64,000 nt of DNA from Planctomycetota bacterium (GTDB lineage Bacteria > Planctomycetota > GCA-002687715 > CAIWVZ01), in the NCBI GenBank assembly GCA_044222185.1, contig JBGANV010000004.1, positions 416,001 to 480,000 on the forward strand. The letters are read 5' to 3'. Below, piece after piece: positions 50,228-60,566 of the stretch. The notes under the pieces were generated by a model. That model was not told the origin of the DNA and did no database searches. It saw only the letters and a list, made by a program, of their open reading frames with translations. Position 1 is the first letter of the stretch, and each line of letters starts with the position of its first letter. The position numbers and the translations under genes were made by a program.

Positions 50228-51706
50228 ATGGCGACGCGAAAGACCCGTTCCTCTTTGAAGTCGCCGGCCACGAAAAAGCCGGCCTCGTCCCCGCGCGCAC
50301 CGCGCAGGACGGGCGCGAAGGCTGCGGCTCGTGGACCCGGTCGCAAGGTGAGCTCGGCGCGCGGTTCCGTCCGCGTGCGCATGTACCGCGTCGGGTTCGG
50401 CGACTTCTTCCTCTTGACGGTGCCGGGCAACGACGGGCCGGCGCACATCCTTATCGACTGCGGCGTTCACGCCGCGAACATCGGGACGATGGACGCATGC
50501 GTCAAGGACCTCGTGAAGGCTACGGGCAACAAGCTCGCGCTGGTGATCGTCACGCACTACCACGCCGATCACATCTCGGGTTTCGCATCGAACTACGATG
50601 ATTTCGCGAAGTTCGATCACATCGGCGCCGTTTGGATCACCAATCGGCTCGACCCGAGCGACACCGGCAAGTCGAAGTTCCTCGCGCAACTGACGTCCGT
50701 GGCGCAGCAGTTGCAACTGCACCTGGGCGTGAGAGACGACGACGCGGCCGTCGAGGCGCGGTCCAAGGTCGAGAACGCGCTTGGTGTGGCCGCAGGTGGA
50801 GGGTCGAACGCCAAGGCGCTCCAACTCCTGCGGAGCGGCTTCAAATCCAAACCTCCCGTGCACTACTACCAGGGAGGGGACACCCCGTACCTGCCGCCGG
50901 AGCTCGATGGCGCGATCGAGGCCGAGATCCTCGCTCCATCGCCGAAGGACTCCGGTGGCGAGTTTGCTGCGAGCGACAACAAGACGGAGCAATATCTCGC
51001 GGCGGTCGGCGCCGACGGGCTCGAGGATCAGACTCGCGTGCAGCCGTTCGAGAAGGACTGGCCCGCGACGGCCGCGTCCTATCCTCCTGAGGCCTTCGAC
51101 GAGTTCGACTCGGGAATGGTCCGCGGGAGCAAGGCCCGGAACGCGGACGGTGCGCGTGCGATGGAGTCGTTGCTCGAGACGATGCAGCCGGACGTGCTCG
51201 CGGCCACCGCCGACAAGCTCGATGGCACACTGAACAACCAGAGCCTCGTCGTCCTATTCACGTGCCAGGGCAAGAAGCTTCTTTTCGTGGGCGACGCGCA
51301 GTGGGGCAACTGGGCCTACTGGCTCTACGGCAAGGCTGTCACAGGCAAAGACCCGGGAATCACCGACCGCGCGAAGCAGATCCTCGGCTCCATCGATTTC
51401 TACAAGGTGGGGCACCACGGCAGCACGAATGCGACGCCGATCCCGGCCGTCGCGGCCTTGAACAGCAGCTGCGCAGCCATGTGCTCGACGGCAACCGGCG
51501 CCTACGGTGATTCCAAGAAAGGCACGGAGGTCCCGCGCACCGTCCTGATCGAGAGCCTGGAGAAACAGCTGAAGAATCGACTCGTCCGCAGTGACTGGGT
51601 TGCCGCCTCCGGCGTCAAACCCGATCCGGAAGCGCTCGAAGAGATCCGGACGCTTCCCACCGGGTTTTCGACGCCCGGCGACCTGTACATCGACTTCACG
51701 CTCTGA
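50228..51706 (+). CDS. MBL-fold metallo-hydrolase (ComEC/Rec2-like)
   Basis: VGFGDFFLL, LIDCG, THYHADHISG, NNQSLV, LFVGDA, KVGHHGS. Confidence 0.9.
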   Translation: MATRKTRSSLKSPATKKPASSPRAPRRTGAKAAARGPGRKVSSARGSVRVRMYRVGFGDFFLLTVPGNDGPAHILIDCGVHAANIGTMDACVKDLVKATGNKLALVIVTHYHADHISGFASNYDDFAKFDHIGAVWITNRLDPSDTGKSKFLAQLTSVAQQLQLHLGVRDDDAAVEARSKVENALGVAAGGGSNAKALQLLRSGFKSKPPVHYYQGGDTPYLPPELDGAIEAEILAPSPKDSGGEFAASDNKTEQYLAAVGADGLEDQTRVQPFEKDWPATAASYPPEAFDEFDSGMVRGSKARNADGARAMESLLETMQPDVLAATADKLDGTLNNQSLVVLFTCQGKKLLFVGDAQWGNWAYWLYGKAVTGKDPGITDRAKQILGSIDFYKVGHHGSTNATPIPAVAALNSSCAAMCSTATGAYGDSKKGTEVPRTVLIESLEKQLKNRLVRSDWVAASGVKPDPEALEEIRTLPTGFSTPGDLYIDFTL

Positions 51707-52036
51707 GCAGTCTGCCGACTCCATCTCGGTCGCTGCTTTCGGCGCGTGGCGGTCCGCCCCTGGGACGCCACATCGCGGTTTGAAACGACCTGATCGGCCT
51801 CCGTCAGGTCGCTGGCGCATGCCCCGCGCCGATTTCCTGCGAGGAGAAATGCAGGCTCCGAGAAGCCGCGAGTTGTCCCGAATGCAACGGCGCGATGCAG
51901 AGGCCCGGCGCGCCGGGCGAAGTTTCCGCGTTGCTGCTCGCGCCGATGACCACGTTTCCGCGGCGGCGTGAAGAAACCTGTCGCGCCGCGCGATCCATCC
52001 CGCTCGAACCTCCTGGATCGAAGAGGAGGCTCACCG

Positions 52037-52591
52037 ATGGAAGATCGCGAATGGACTCCGCTCGTCGATGAACTGCGAGCGGGGCGGATTGCAGCTTGGA
52101 ACGTGGCGTGCGAGGAGCTTCGACCGCGTGTCGTCGCCTACGTGGAGCGTCTCGGCGCCGATCGGCACGGTGCGGAAGACGTGGCGCAGGACGTGTTGGG
52201 CACCGTGTACGGGAAGCTCGATCGACTGAAGCGATCACGTCGCTTCTTGTCCTGGGTGATGGCCATCGCGCGGAACCGCCTGCGCTCGCGCGTGCGCGCC
52301 CGCCGTCCCACCGAAGAGCTGAGCGAGGAGATCGCGATGCCGACGGCCAACGGGCTCGATCGGATCTTCGGCGACGATCTGCGTCGTGCGGTGATGCGGG
52401 AAGTCCGACAGCTGGCCGAGCCCACACGGCGGATGGTCGAGCTTCGGCTGTTCGAGGATTGCGCTCCCCACGAGATCTCTCTTCGACTCGGGCTGCCCTG
52501 CGCCTTGGTCCGCCGTCGCTCGCACGACGCCATGTGCATGCTGCGCCGTCGACTGGCGCGCCGCATCGGCCATGGCCCCGAGTCCTCCTGA
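52037..52591 (+). CDS. ECF sigma factor
   Basis: GGAGG RBS; AEDVAQDV, FLSWVMAIARN, region-4 EISLRLG. Confidence 0.88.
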   Translation: MEDREWTPLVDELRAGRIAAWNVACEELRPRVVAYVERLGADRHGAEDVAQDVLGTVYGKLDRLKRSRRFLSWVMAIARNRLRSRVRARRPTEELSEEIAMPTANGLDRIFGDDLRRAVMREVRQLAEPTRRMVELRLFEDCAPHEISLRLGLPCALVRRRSHDAMCMLRRRLARRIGHGPESS

Positions 52592-52659
52592 ACACCTGAT
52601 TCGGCCGGCCGCGGGGTCGGCTTCGTTTCGCCAAGTTCGTGAACATCTGGAGTCGTGAC

Positions 52660-53400
52660 ATGAAATCGATCGCTCTGTTCTTGTCGTTCGTGTTCGTCGT
52701 TCCATCCGTGGCGCTCGCGCAAGACAACGCCAAGTCCATGCTGGACGTGGCGGCGAAGAAGGCAGCCTCCGGCAAAGGCAAGGTCGGTGAGGAGCTGAAC
52801 GGCATCCTCAAGGAAGCGGCGGGGCTCTATGACCAGGTCGCCGCGAAGTTCCCCGCGGCGCAGACGGAGTGTGCACATGCCCATCTGGAGGCCGGGCGTC
52901 TGCGCAAGCGCGTCGGGGATCTCGCGGGCGCCGAGGCATCGTTGAAGCTCACGGCCGCGGTGGCGGCCGAGCCCAAGTTCGCGTCAGAAGCCCTGCACGA
53001 CCTGGCGACGATCTATCGGAAGACGAAGCGGGCTGCGGAGGCGCAGCAGGCACTCGAGCGGATCGTCTCGGAGTTCCGCAACGAACCCCGCCAGAGAGCG
53101 GAAGCGCTGAGCCGTCTGGCGGCCATGCACCGCGCCGCGAAGAAGCCGGATCTCGCCGAGGCGTCGCTCCGCCAGATCCTCAGTGACCACGGTGATCTGT
53201 GGAGTGCATCCACGGAGGCCCTCGACGATCTGGTGGCCCTCCAGATCGCTCAGGGCCAGGAGGCGGAAGCCAAGAAGACCCTCGCCGCGCAGGGCGAAGC
53301 GTTGAAGACCCGTTTCCACGGGACGCGCCACGAAGGGCGGTTGAAGGTCGTCCTGGATCGGATCGCGCTTCGGTTCAAACTCGACGATGACGGTGAGTGA
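52660..53400 (+). CDS. Secreted TPR protein
   Basis: Signal peptide ending ALA; TPR-like helices. Confidence 0.8.
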   Translation: MKSIALFLSFVFVVPSVALAQDNAKSMLDVAAKKAASGKGKVGEELNGILKEAAGLYDQVAAKFPAAQTECAHAHLEAGRLRKRVGDLAGAEASLKLTAAVAAEPKFASEALHDLATIYRKTKRAAEAQQALERIVSEFRNEPRQRAEALSRLAAMHRAAKKPDLAEASLRQILSDHGDLWSASTEALDDLVALQIAQGQEAEAKKTLAAQGEALKTRFHGTRHEGRLKVVLDRIALRFKLDDDGE

Positions 53401-54934
53401 GAGGCGTACGACCGTCGCGAGCGGGCCGCCGATCCGCGCCATCGGGGTGTGGGCGTTGATCCTTGCCGCCGTGCTGGTGGCCGGTTCCTTCGAGCCTGGC
53501 GACGGCGACACGGACGAAGCGGCGCCGCAGCCGCCAGCGTTCGTCGACGCGCAGCCGCCGCCGTCGTTGCCGTCGGACATCGTCGCGGCCCTGCGGCGCG
53601 TGGCCGTCGCACGCGAGGTCGTCGCGCGCGGTGGACCGCCGCCCAGGGCCTTTGGCGCTGATGCGCAGGTGGCGGCCGAATGGGCCGCGGAGCGCATGCC
53701 CCTCGACGAGTCGGGGAGCGCGCGTGCAGCGCTCGAGCTTCTGTGTGAAGCCGAGCGGGAGTTGGCCGGTGCGGTCGCGACGTCCGCGCGCGCGGCCGCG
53801 CACGGCGCTCGCGACGAGGCCGTCCGTTGGGCCGTCGGCTGGGGCGGCGGTGACGCGGTCGAACGTCTCGTGAGAACCCTGGACACTCCCGAGACGGTGC
53901 GGTTGCACGACGCGCTCACGGAGCGGTGCCGGGATGTCGATCGGGGCCTCGTAGCAGCGATCATCCTCGCTCGTGCGCGCGCCGGCGACGCGGACGTCGA
54001 GGGCGTGGTGGTGGACGCCCTGTCGCTGGACGACGGTGACGTCCTCGCGATCGCTGCGGAGGCAGCGTCGTGGCTGGGCCCGCTCCGCCCCGTCCCGGCG
54101 TTGCGGCGAGCGCTCGGGCGCACGCATTCGACTGCCGCTGCGTGGGCGATCGCGCGGGCGCTCGGCCCCGATCTCGACCGGAGCGATCTGCAGGGGCTCG
54201 TGTCGCGGCGCGACGTTCCGGCGGAGGATCTCGCGCGGGTGATCGCGTCCGCCTCGCGACGGGAGCCGCCGACGCCGATGCGGGCGGAGGCGTGGGCGCT
54301 CGTCCGCGCGCTGTTGGACGCGGAACGTGAGCCGTCGACGGCTGCTGGATGGACGCGCCTCGCCGCACGGGGCGTGACGCCGCTGGATCTGCGCGTCGCG
54401 GAGCGGTCGCGTGTTGCCGGTGATGTCGTGCGCCTGGCGATCGACGCCGAACTCACGGAGCTTCGGGCGGCCTCGACACGTCCGCCGCCCTCCGATGGCG
54501 CATCGACGACCGAGGCGTCGTGGATCCCGCTCGCGCGCGTCGCCTGGGAGCGGAGGGCGCGCCTCTCAGCCCGGCTGATCGAGTCGATGGTTGCGACTCC
54601 GGATCGCGTCGAGGCGTGCCTGGTGTTGGCCCAGCTCGGTCTTCGTCGGGGATTCGACGCGCTGAGCGAGATGGCCACCCGGCCAGGGGACCTGGGTCGC
54701 GCGGTGGTGGCCCTGCGGGCGCTTCGCCAAATCGCCGTCGTCGCGCCGGATGATGCGAAGGTCGGCGACCCCGAGGCCTGGGCGCCGCTCGCATCGTGGA
54801 TCCGCCGCGATGGCATTCCGGGAATCGAGGACGCGCTCGTCCGCAACGGGGTCATCACCGCGGCGGAAGCGGCGGAACGGAAGCAACCGGTGGTTCAGCC
54901 GCTGCCGTCGAGCGCGTCGACCCGCGCGAGGTAG
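53387..54934 (+). CDS. Membrane-anchored HEAT-like helical repeat protein
   Basis: N-terminal TM; Ala/Leu/Arg helical repeats; overlaps the upstream stop. Confidence 0.6.
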   Translation: MTVSERRTTVASGPPIRAIGVWALILAAVLVAGSFEPGDGDTDEAAPQPPAFVDAQPPPSLPSDIVAALRRVAVAREVVARGGPPPRAFGADAQVAAEWAAERMPLDESGSARAALELLCEAERELAGAVATSARAAAHGARDEAVRWAVGWGGGDAVERLVRTLDTPETVRLHDALTERCRDVDRGLVAAIILARARAGDADVEGVVVDALSLDDGDVLAIAAEAASWLGPLRPVPALRRALGRTHSTAAAWAIARALGPDLDRSDLQGLVSRRDVPAEDLARVIASASRREPPTPMRAEAWALVRALLDAEREPSTAAGWTRLAARGVTPLDLRVAERSRVAGDVVRLAIDAELTELRAASTRPPPSDGASTTEASWIPLARVAWERRARLSARLIESMVATPDRVEACLVLAQLGLRRGFDALSEMATRPGDLGRAVVALRALRQIAVVAPDDAKVGDPEAWAPLASWIRRDGIPGIEDALVRNGVITAAEAAERKQPVVQPLPSSASTRAR

Positions 54935-56295
54935 GCGGCCTTGTCGAATTTCCGCCCCGTGCTCGCACCGCTCATGAAGCGGATCATCCCGAAGATCGGT
55001 CGCGCGGGGCCCCACGGGCGATCGTGGACGCCGCCGATTCCCCAGGCGATGCCGCAGTAGCCGTTGGGGTCTCGGCCGTCGAGTTCGAACGCGTCGTTCA
55101 TCGCGATGGCGATGGAGTAGGCGTCTTCCGGCGACGCCGTCCACTCGAGGATCTTCTTCACCCAGTACATGCGGAGGTAACCCTGCATGTGACCGGAGAG
55201 GACCATCTCTCGTTGCGTCGCGTTCCACAGGTCGTCGTGAGTGCGGGCCTCGCGCAGCTCCGCGGCGTCGTAGAGGTAGGGACGGGGATCCGCTCGATGC
55301 TGATCGAGCGTCTTCTGCGCCCACGACGGCGCGCCGGCGAGGGTGTCGTATTGCGGGTTGCGCAGGACGTAGTTGATCGCAAGCTCCCGCCGCACGAGGA
55401 ACTCCTCCAGGAAGGCCTCGATGTCCACGGCGGGTGCGCCCGACTCGTGCACCGCCCACGCCACCTGTTGCGGGCCCAGATGCCCGAAGTGCAGGTAGGG
55501 CGAGAGGCGGCTCGTGCCGAGGAGATCGGGCTTGTTGCGCGTCGTCGCGTAACCGGCGAGCCGCTCTTCGAGGAACTGGTCGAGGGCCCGCCGGGCTGCC
55601 GTCGGCCCTGGATCGAACGTGGTGACGGGCGCCACCGAGCGGTCGATCTTCCAACCCTTCGGGACCGATGCCTTCGCCGGGTCCTCGCCCCGTATTGCAA
55701 ACGACGCTGGGACCCGCGCCCGCGTGCGGGTCGGCTTCGTGAGCCACGACGCCAGGACGCGGTGGTACTTGGGTCGAAGGGTGCGGGCCGCGTACTCGGC
55801 CTTCGGGAAGTGCGCGGAGGGGACGAGGCACTCGGTGTCGACGGTCACCAGCGGAACAGCGAGCCTCTCGGCCGCGAGTTGGCGCCATCGCTCCGTCTCA
55901 CGCAGCGGGTTCTCGTCGCCGACGACGAGCGCCGGGCGGACTTCGTCGCAGAAGTCGCGGAGATCGTGCGCGGGGAACGGGCGGTACACGAAGCGGCATC
56001 CGCGGGATTCGACCTCGCGGGCCAGGTCGGGGATGCCGCCGAAGAGGAACGTGTAGGCACGCAGGTTCGCCCGGGGGAAGAACGGGACCGGGGCGAGGAA
56101 GACGATGACCGGCAATCCGCGGGCATTTGCCAGCTCGATGGCCAGATCGAGTGCCGGGTTGCCGTCCGCGCGCTGAGCGCGCTGCATCCAGTAGACGACG
56201 CAGCGGGCGCCGTCGGACTCGGGTCCGTCGCGACGCAGGCGGAGGCGGGGATCGGCCGTCACGCGCCGTGCGAGCGCCGAAGTTCCAAAGGTCAC
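54895..56295 (-). CDS. phrB: Deoxyribodipyrimidine photolyase, class II
   Basis: VVYWMQRAQR..NPAL, SRLSPYLHFG, MQGYLRMYWVKKILEW, DGRDPNGY, HDRPW; start uncertain. Confidence 0.93.
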   Translation of the reverse strand: MTFGTSALARRVTADPRLRLRRDGPESDGARCVVYWMQRAQRADGNPALDLAIELANARGLPVIVFLAPVPFFPRANLRAYTFLFGGIPDLAREVESRGCRFVYRPFPAHDLRDFCDEVRPALVVGDENPLRETERWRQLAAERLAVPLVTVDTECLVPSAHFPKAEYAARTLRPKYHRVLASWLTKPTRTRARVPASFAIRGEDPAKASVPKGWKIDRSVAPVTTFDPGPTAARRALDQFLEERLAGYATTRNKPDLLGTSRLSPYLHFGHLGPQQVAWAVHESGAPAVDIEAFLEEFLVRRELAINYVLRNPQYDTLAGAPSWAQKTLDQHRADPRPYLYDAAELREARTHDDLWNATQREMVLSGHMQGYLRMYWVKKILEWTASPEDAYSIAIAMNDAFELDGRDPNGYCGIAWGIGGVHDRPWGPARPIFGMIRFMSGASTGRKFDKAAYLARVDALDGSG

Positions 56296-56446
56296 GGTGG
56301 ATGTGGGTGCGGCCGGGCGGGATGTGGGATGCACGCGGGGTTCTATCAGTCGGCACCTGGCGCCGTCCTGCGCACGCGACCAAAGTTCACCGCTGGGCCA
56401 CGGCGGGGACGCCGATACCATGGACCTCAGATCCGGGGGAAATCAC

Positions 56447-57481
56447 ATGTCTTGCAGGGCCATCACGTGCCTCGCGCTCACGATCGCGGTCTCGTGGGCG
56501 CAGGACGCACCGCGCCCGGCCGAGGTCGTCGAGACCCGGCCGTTGCGCACCATGCCGGAGGCGATCCATCGCACGGCGCTGCCGCAGTCCGGGCTCGGTC
56601 TCGCCGCGGGGTATCCGGGCGACGTCAACATCCGCAAGGATCGTCGCGTGCTGTTCTCGGAGGACTTCGAGGGCAAGGATCCGTTCCGCAACTGGACGGA
56701 CGTGAAGGGCGGTGACGGCGTGCGGCTCGTCGAAGACGGGACGCACGCGGGCAAGCGCTCCGTGTCCATCGCCGCCGACCTGTCGCGCGACGACGGCGGA
56801 CACCTCTTTCGCCGCCTCGCGTTCGGTGAAGACTCGGTGTACGTGCGCTTCTACGTGAAGTTCGTGGCGCCGGTGGAATACGTGCATCACTTCGTCACGC
56901 TGTCGGCTGACGATCCGCCGCAGAAGTTTCCGGCTGGCGGCGCGGGCGTGTGCCCCGATGGTGGCCGACGGTTCTCGACGGCCATCGAGCCGTTCGGCTA
57001 CCACGGGAAGGCCGCGGCGCCGGGGAACTGGAGGCTCGCGTCCTATTGGTGCGAGATGGGGATCTCCTCCGACCTGAAGTACTGGGGGAACGCCTTCGAA
57101 CCCGAGACGCCGATTCCGGCCGTTGCCGACACCTGGACCTGCGTCGAGTTCATGATTCGTGCGAACACCACGGCCACGTCGTCCGACGGCGCGCAGGCGT
57201 TCTGGATCAACGGTGAGTCCGGGACGGCCTTCGAGGGTTATCGCTGGCGCACGAACCCCAAGCTCAAGCTGAACGGCGTGTGGTTCCTGTATTTCATGTC
57301 GGCCGACGGCGCGAAGATGCACGGCTCGCTCGAACCGCGGCGCCAGACGTCCGTCCTGTTCGACGACATCGTCGTGGCGCGCGAGTACATCGGCCCGCAA
57401 ACGGCTCCGCCGCCGGAACCCGAACCGCCCAAGCCTGAAGGCGACGGCAAGGACGGCGACAACCACTCGGCATCGCGCTGA
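56447..57481 (+). CDS. Secreted protein, ConA/polysaccharide-lyase-like fold
   Basis: Signal peptide; FSEDFE, YVRFYVKF, WTCVEFMI, FWING, FDDIVVA..YIGP. Confidence 0.75.
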   Translation: MSCRAITCLALTIAVSWAQDAPRPAEVVETRPLRTMPEAIHRTALPQSGLGLAAGYPGDVNIRKDRRVLFSEDFEGKDPFRNWTDVKGGDGVRLVEDGTHAGKRSVSIAADLSRDDGGHLFRRLAFGEDSVYVRFYVKFVAPVEYVHHFVTLSADDPPQKFPAGGAGVCPDGGRRFSTAIEPFGYHGKAAAPGNWRLASYWCEMGISSDLKYWGNAFEPETPIPAVADTWTCVEFMIRANTTATSSDGAQAFWINGESGTAFEGYRWRTNPKLKLNGVWFLYFMSADGAKMHGSLEPRRQTSVLFDDIVVAREYIGPQTAPPPEPEPPKPEGDGKDGDNHSASR

Positions 57482-57503
57482 TCGTGCCCGGAGGCCTTGG
57501 CGC

Positions 57504-57914
57504 CTATTCGAACACGAAGTCGATCGGCGCGTCGATGTCCGGATGGATGCTCCGGTGCACGGGGCATCCGTGGGCGGCGGCCATGAGCGCCTTGTGATCC
57601 TCGTCCGACAGCCGCATGGGGAACTTCACCGTGACGGGCAGCCGGGCGATGCGCCGCGGCGCCTCCGCAGTCATGTGCTTCTCGACCTTCACGGTGATTC
57701 CGCGCAGGTCGATGCCACGCCGCTCCGCGACCATCGACATGATCGTGACGACGCAGGTCCCGAGCGCCGTGGCCATCAGGTCGGTGGGCGAGAACGCACT
57801 CCCGTCACCGCCGTTGTCCTTCGGCGCCGTCGTCTGAAGCTCTGAGCCGCTGGGCCCGTGCTTCGCCTTGCACGACGTCTTGCCCAGATAGTTGACCTGG
57901 ATTTCCACTACCAT
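57504..57914 (-). CDS. OsmC family protein
   Basis: FSPTDLMATALGTC..GCPVHRSI. Confidence 0.92.
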   Translation of the reverse strand: MVVEIQVNYLGKTSCKAKHGPSGSELQTTAPKDNGGDGSAFSPTDLMATALGTCVVTIMSMVAERRGIDLRGITVKVEKHMTAEAPRRIARLPVTVKFPMRLSDEDHKALMAAAHGCPVHRSIHPDIDAPIDFVFE

Positions 57915-58002
57915 GGCGTGCTCCTGGATCGGACCCGCAGCCCGCGGATCGGTGGGACAATCCGCGGTGGAGCACGCGCCGGCAAGGGGCGCTGGCGTCA
58001 GC

Positions 58003-58653
58003 TCACCGATCCATCATTTCCGGATGGGCGTCCCCGCGGGACATGCGCCACGAGTGGTAGGCGATCTCGATCGCGTCGACGGACTTCTGGGATTCTTCAC
58101 GTACCCAGCGGTCGCGTTCGTCGTGGCAGTGGGCCCTGAGAGCGTCGAGCGCCGGATAGCCGTGGTGGCCCATGCGGCCGAGAGCCATGGCGGCAAACCG
58201 CCGGACGTAGGCGTCCGTGTCGTCCATGGCGCGGGTGAGAGCCGGAACGGCTTCGAGGAACGCCGGCTCGCCGATGTGGTAGAGGGTGAACGCGGCCTGG
58301 CGTCGCACGGGCACGTCGGGATCGGCGAGGCAAGCGGAGAGCTTGGGCGACGCGGGCAGGGCCTCGGCGCGGTAATTCGCGAGCGTGGAGATGGCTGAGT
58401 ACCGCACGTCGGAGTCGGCGTCCGCGAGCTCGGGCTCGACGGCCGGAATCGCCGAGGGTCCCATCTTGGTGAGCGCCGCGACGGCCGCATCCCGGGTCGC
58501 GCGGTCCTTCGTGTGGAAGTCCTTCGCCCAGTCGGCCGCCGAGCGCCCCTCGGCGACGGGGCGCGACTCGGCATCGGCTTCGGCCGTCGTCTCGCACGCG
58601 GAAGTGAAACCGAGCCCTGCCACCAGGACTACGAACGCGAGTCGATTGATCAT
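58003..58653 (-). CDS. HEAT-repeat lipoprotein
   Basis: Lipobox-like TSAC; repeated L.D.D..VR..AA..L. Confidence 0.85.
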   Translation of the reverse strand: MINRLAFVVLVAGLGFTSACETTAEADAESRPVAEGRSAADWAKDFHTKDRATRDAAVAALTKMGPSAIPAVEPELADADSDVRYSAISTLANYRAEALPASPKLSACLADPDVPVRRQAAFTLYHIGEPAFLEAVPALTRAMDDTDAYVRRFAAMALGRMGHHGYPALDALRAHCHDERDRWVREESQKSVDAIEIAYHSWRMSRGDAHPEMMDR

Positions 58654-58835
58654 GTCCTTCAACGTCCAAGCTCCCTTGAGCGCGCCATCCTATGTCTCGA
58701 GGACAGTTATCGGAATGCGGAGCCGCCCGACCGCACCCGGGATCGCCGGGGATACGGCCTGAGACTTCCACGAGACGGTGGCGCAGGGTCGTACAGCCGC
58801 TTGTCGCCGCCGCCTGGACGGTGCATCTTGCGGAC

Positions 58836-59336
58836 ATGAGCCTTGCTGCCACGACTTTTGGCGAGCTGTACTCGGTGAACTGGGGCTCCTTGCGCGCCAC
58901 GTGCCGGGACGTCAGCGAGGACGAGGCGCGCATCCGCCCCGGCGGACGCCAGAACCCGATCCACTGGCTTGCGGGCCACGTCGCTGCATACCGAGCCCAC
59001 GTCTTGAAGCGCCTCGACGCGCCGCTCGACGTCGGCCTGGAGCTCGCTCGCCACTTCGGGAAGGACACCCAACCGGGCGAGACGGGCACGACGCCCACCC
59101 TCGCCGAGATCCTCGCAGCGTGCGCCAGGCTGCACGAAGCGCTCCTGGCACGCCTCAAGACCCTGGGTGACGACGCGCTCTCCGTGAAGACGCCCACCCC
59201 GGGCGGCCGTGAGATGCCCGTCGTGTCGTTCTTCTATTTCCACGAGACGTACCACATCGGCCAGATCGGTTACGCCCGCACCTGGCTGGGCAAGGCGCCC
59301 CTGGTCCCCAAGGGCCCGGTGGCGGGCGCGTCCTGA
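58836..59336 (+). CDS. DinB family protein
   Basis: NPIHWLAGH..FHETYHIGQI. Confidence 0.88.
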   Translation: MSLAATTFGELYSVNWGSLRATCRDVSEDEARIRPGGRQNPIHWLAGHVAAYRAHVLKRLDAPLDVGLELARHFGKDTQPGETGTTPTLAEILAACARLHEALLARLKTLGDDALSVKTPTPGGREMPVVSFFYFHETYHIGQIGYARTWLGKAPLVPKGPVAGAS

Positions 59337-59380
59337 ATCCGACGCCGCACTGCGGCATCGAGAACCGGATCGGCTGAAGC

Positions 59381-60520
59381 ATGCACGTGTTCATCCTGGG
59401 TCGGGCCGAGCGGGCCGAGCGTATCGACCTCCTTCGTCGCGACACGCTCGAGTTTCGCAGTCGCCGCGGCCTGCGGCACGTGGATCGGATCCTCGTCGAA
59501 GCTCTGCCCAAGGTCGCTCCGACGCGCGCCCTGACGGGGCTCGACTCCGAGGGCTCGGTCGCCCTGGCGCTGAACGCCATCCATCCCCAGACGCGCGCCA
59601 CCTGGTTTCACTTGGATGCGTACGTTGCCGATCGCGTCGCGGGGAACCTGCGCACGCATGGCGCCGACCCGGCGATCGCCGTCGTCGCGCCGGATCTCCC
59701 GGGTCACCAACCGGCCGGCGACGTGACGCCGGAATTCGACCTCATCGCCCTGCCGTTTCCGGCGGGCGGCGAGGCGCTCTTCGCCCGGGAACTCGTCGAG
59801 GAGGCGCACGATCTCCTGCTCGAAGGTGGCAAGCTCATCGCGGCGACGGACCGATCACCGGAGTGGACGGCCAGAGTGGCCCGCGAGGTCTTCGGCAAGA
59901 TCGACATCGTGAAGGCCGAGGGCGGTGGGGCCGTCATCCACTGCGTGCGCCGGTCGATGAAGCGCGCGTGGAAGGATCACAGTCACGTCGTTCACCTCGA
60001 ACAGGGCGAGCGCACGCTGGCGTTCCGCACGCGGCCCGGGGTGTTCTCCTACGGTCACGTGGACCGAGGAACGAAGGCGCTCCTCGACGTGGCGAGAATC
60101 CCCAATCGCTCACGGATCCTGGACATCGGCTGCGGCTACGGAGTCCTCGGGATCGCCACGGCCGTGGCGTGCGGCGGATCGACGGTGCTCGTGGACTCGA
60201 ACGCCCGCGCCGTGCAGCTTGCGGGGGAGAACGCCGCGACCTCCGGTGTGGCCGACGCCAGGGCGATCCTCGTGGCCGATGCGCCGCGCTTCGACGAGAC
60301 GGGGTTCGACGCCGTGCTCGCAAACCCGCCCTACTTCGCCGACTACCGCATCGCCGAATCGTTCATCGAAGGCGCGTGGCGCGCGCTAAAAGCGGGCGGA
60401 TCCCTCTGGCTCGTCGCGAAGGCCATCGACGAGCACATGACGCGCGTCGAGGATCGCTTCGGCGTGGCGCACGTGGAGGAGTGCGACGGCTACGGCGTGA
60501 TCCACGCGACGCGGGCCTGA
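59381..60520 (+). CDS. Class I SAM methyltransferase, RsmC/RlmG-like
   Basis: PGVFS..VDRGT..LL, LDIGCGYG, NPPY. Confidence 0.9.
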   Translation: MHVFILGRAERAERIDLLRRDTLEFRSRRGLRHVDRILVEALPKVAPTRALTGLDSEGSVALALNAIHPQTRATWFHLDAYVADRVAGNLRTHGADPAIAVVAPDLPGHQPAGDVTPEFDLIALPFPAGGEALFARELVEEAHDLLLEGGKLIAATDRSPEWTARVAREVFGKIDIVKAEGGGAVIHCVRRSMKRAWKDHSHVVHLEQGERTLAFRTRPGVFSYGHVDRGTKALLDVARIPNRSRILDIGCGYGVLGIATAVACGGSTVLVDSNARAVQLAGENAATSGVADARAILVADAPRFDETGFDAVLANPPYFADYRIAESFIEGAWRALKAGGSLWLVAKAIDEHMTRVEDRFGVAHVEECDGYGVIHATRA

Positions 60521-60530
60521 GCGGAGCGGC

Positions 60531-60552
60531 CGCGGCAGCAAGCGCTGCCGCG
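60531..60552. terminator. Hairpin between convergent genes
   Basis: CGCGGCAGC-AAGC-GCTGCCGCG 9-bp stem; no U-tract. Confidence 0.45.
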
Positions 60553-60566
60553 ACGCGCGAGACGCC

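Noticed and set aside
40842-51706. Encapsulin or bacterial microcompartment locus (DyP and GRE are common cargo)
   Set aside because: No shell-protein gene was recognised in the window
54895-54934. 40-bp convergent overlap of the HEAT-like gene and photolyase
   Set aside because: Short 3' overlaps are common in GC-rich genomes; no evidence of function
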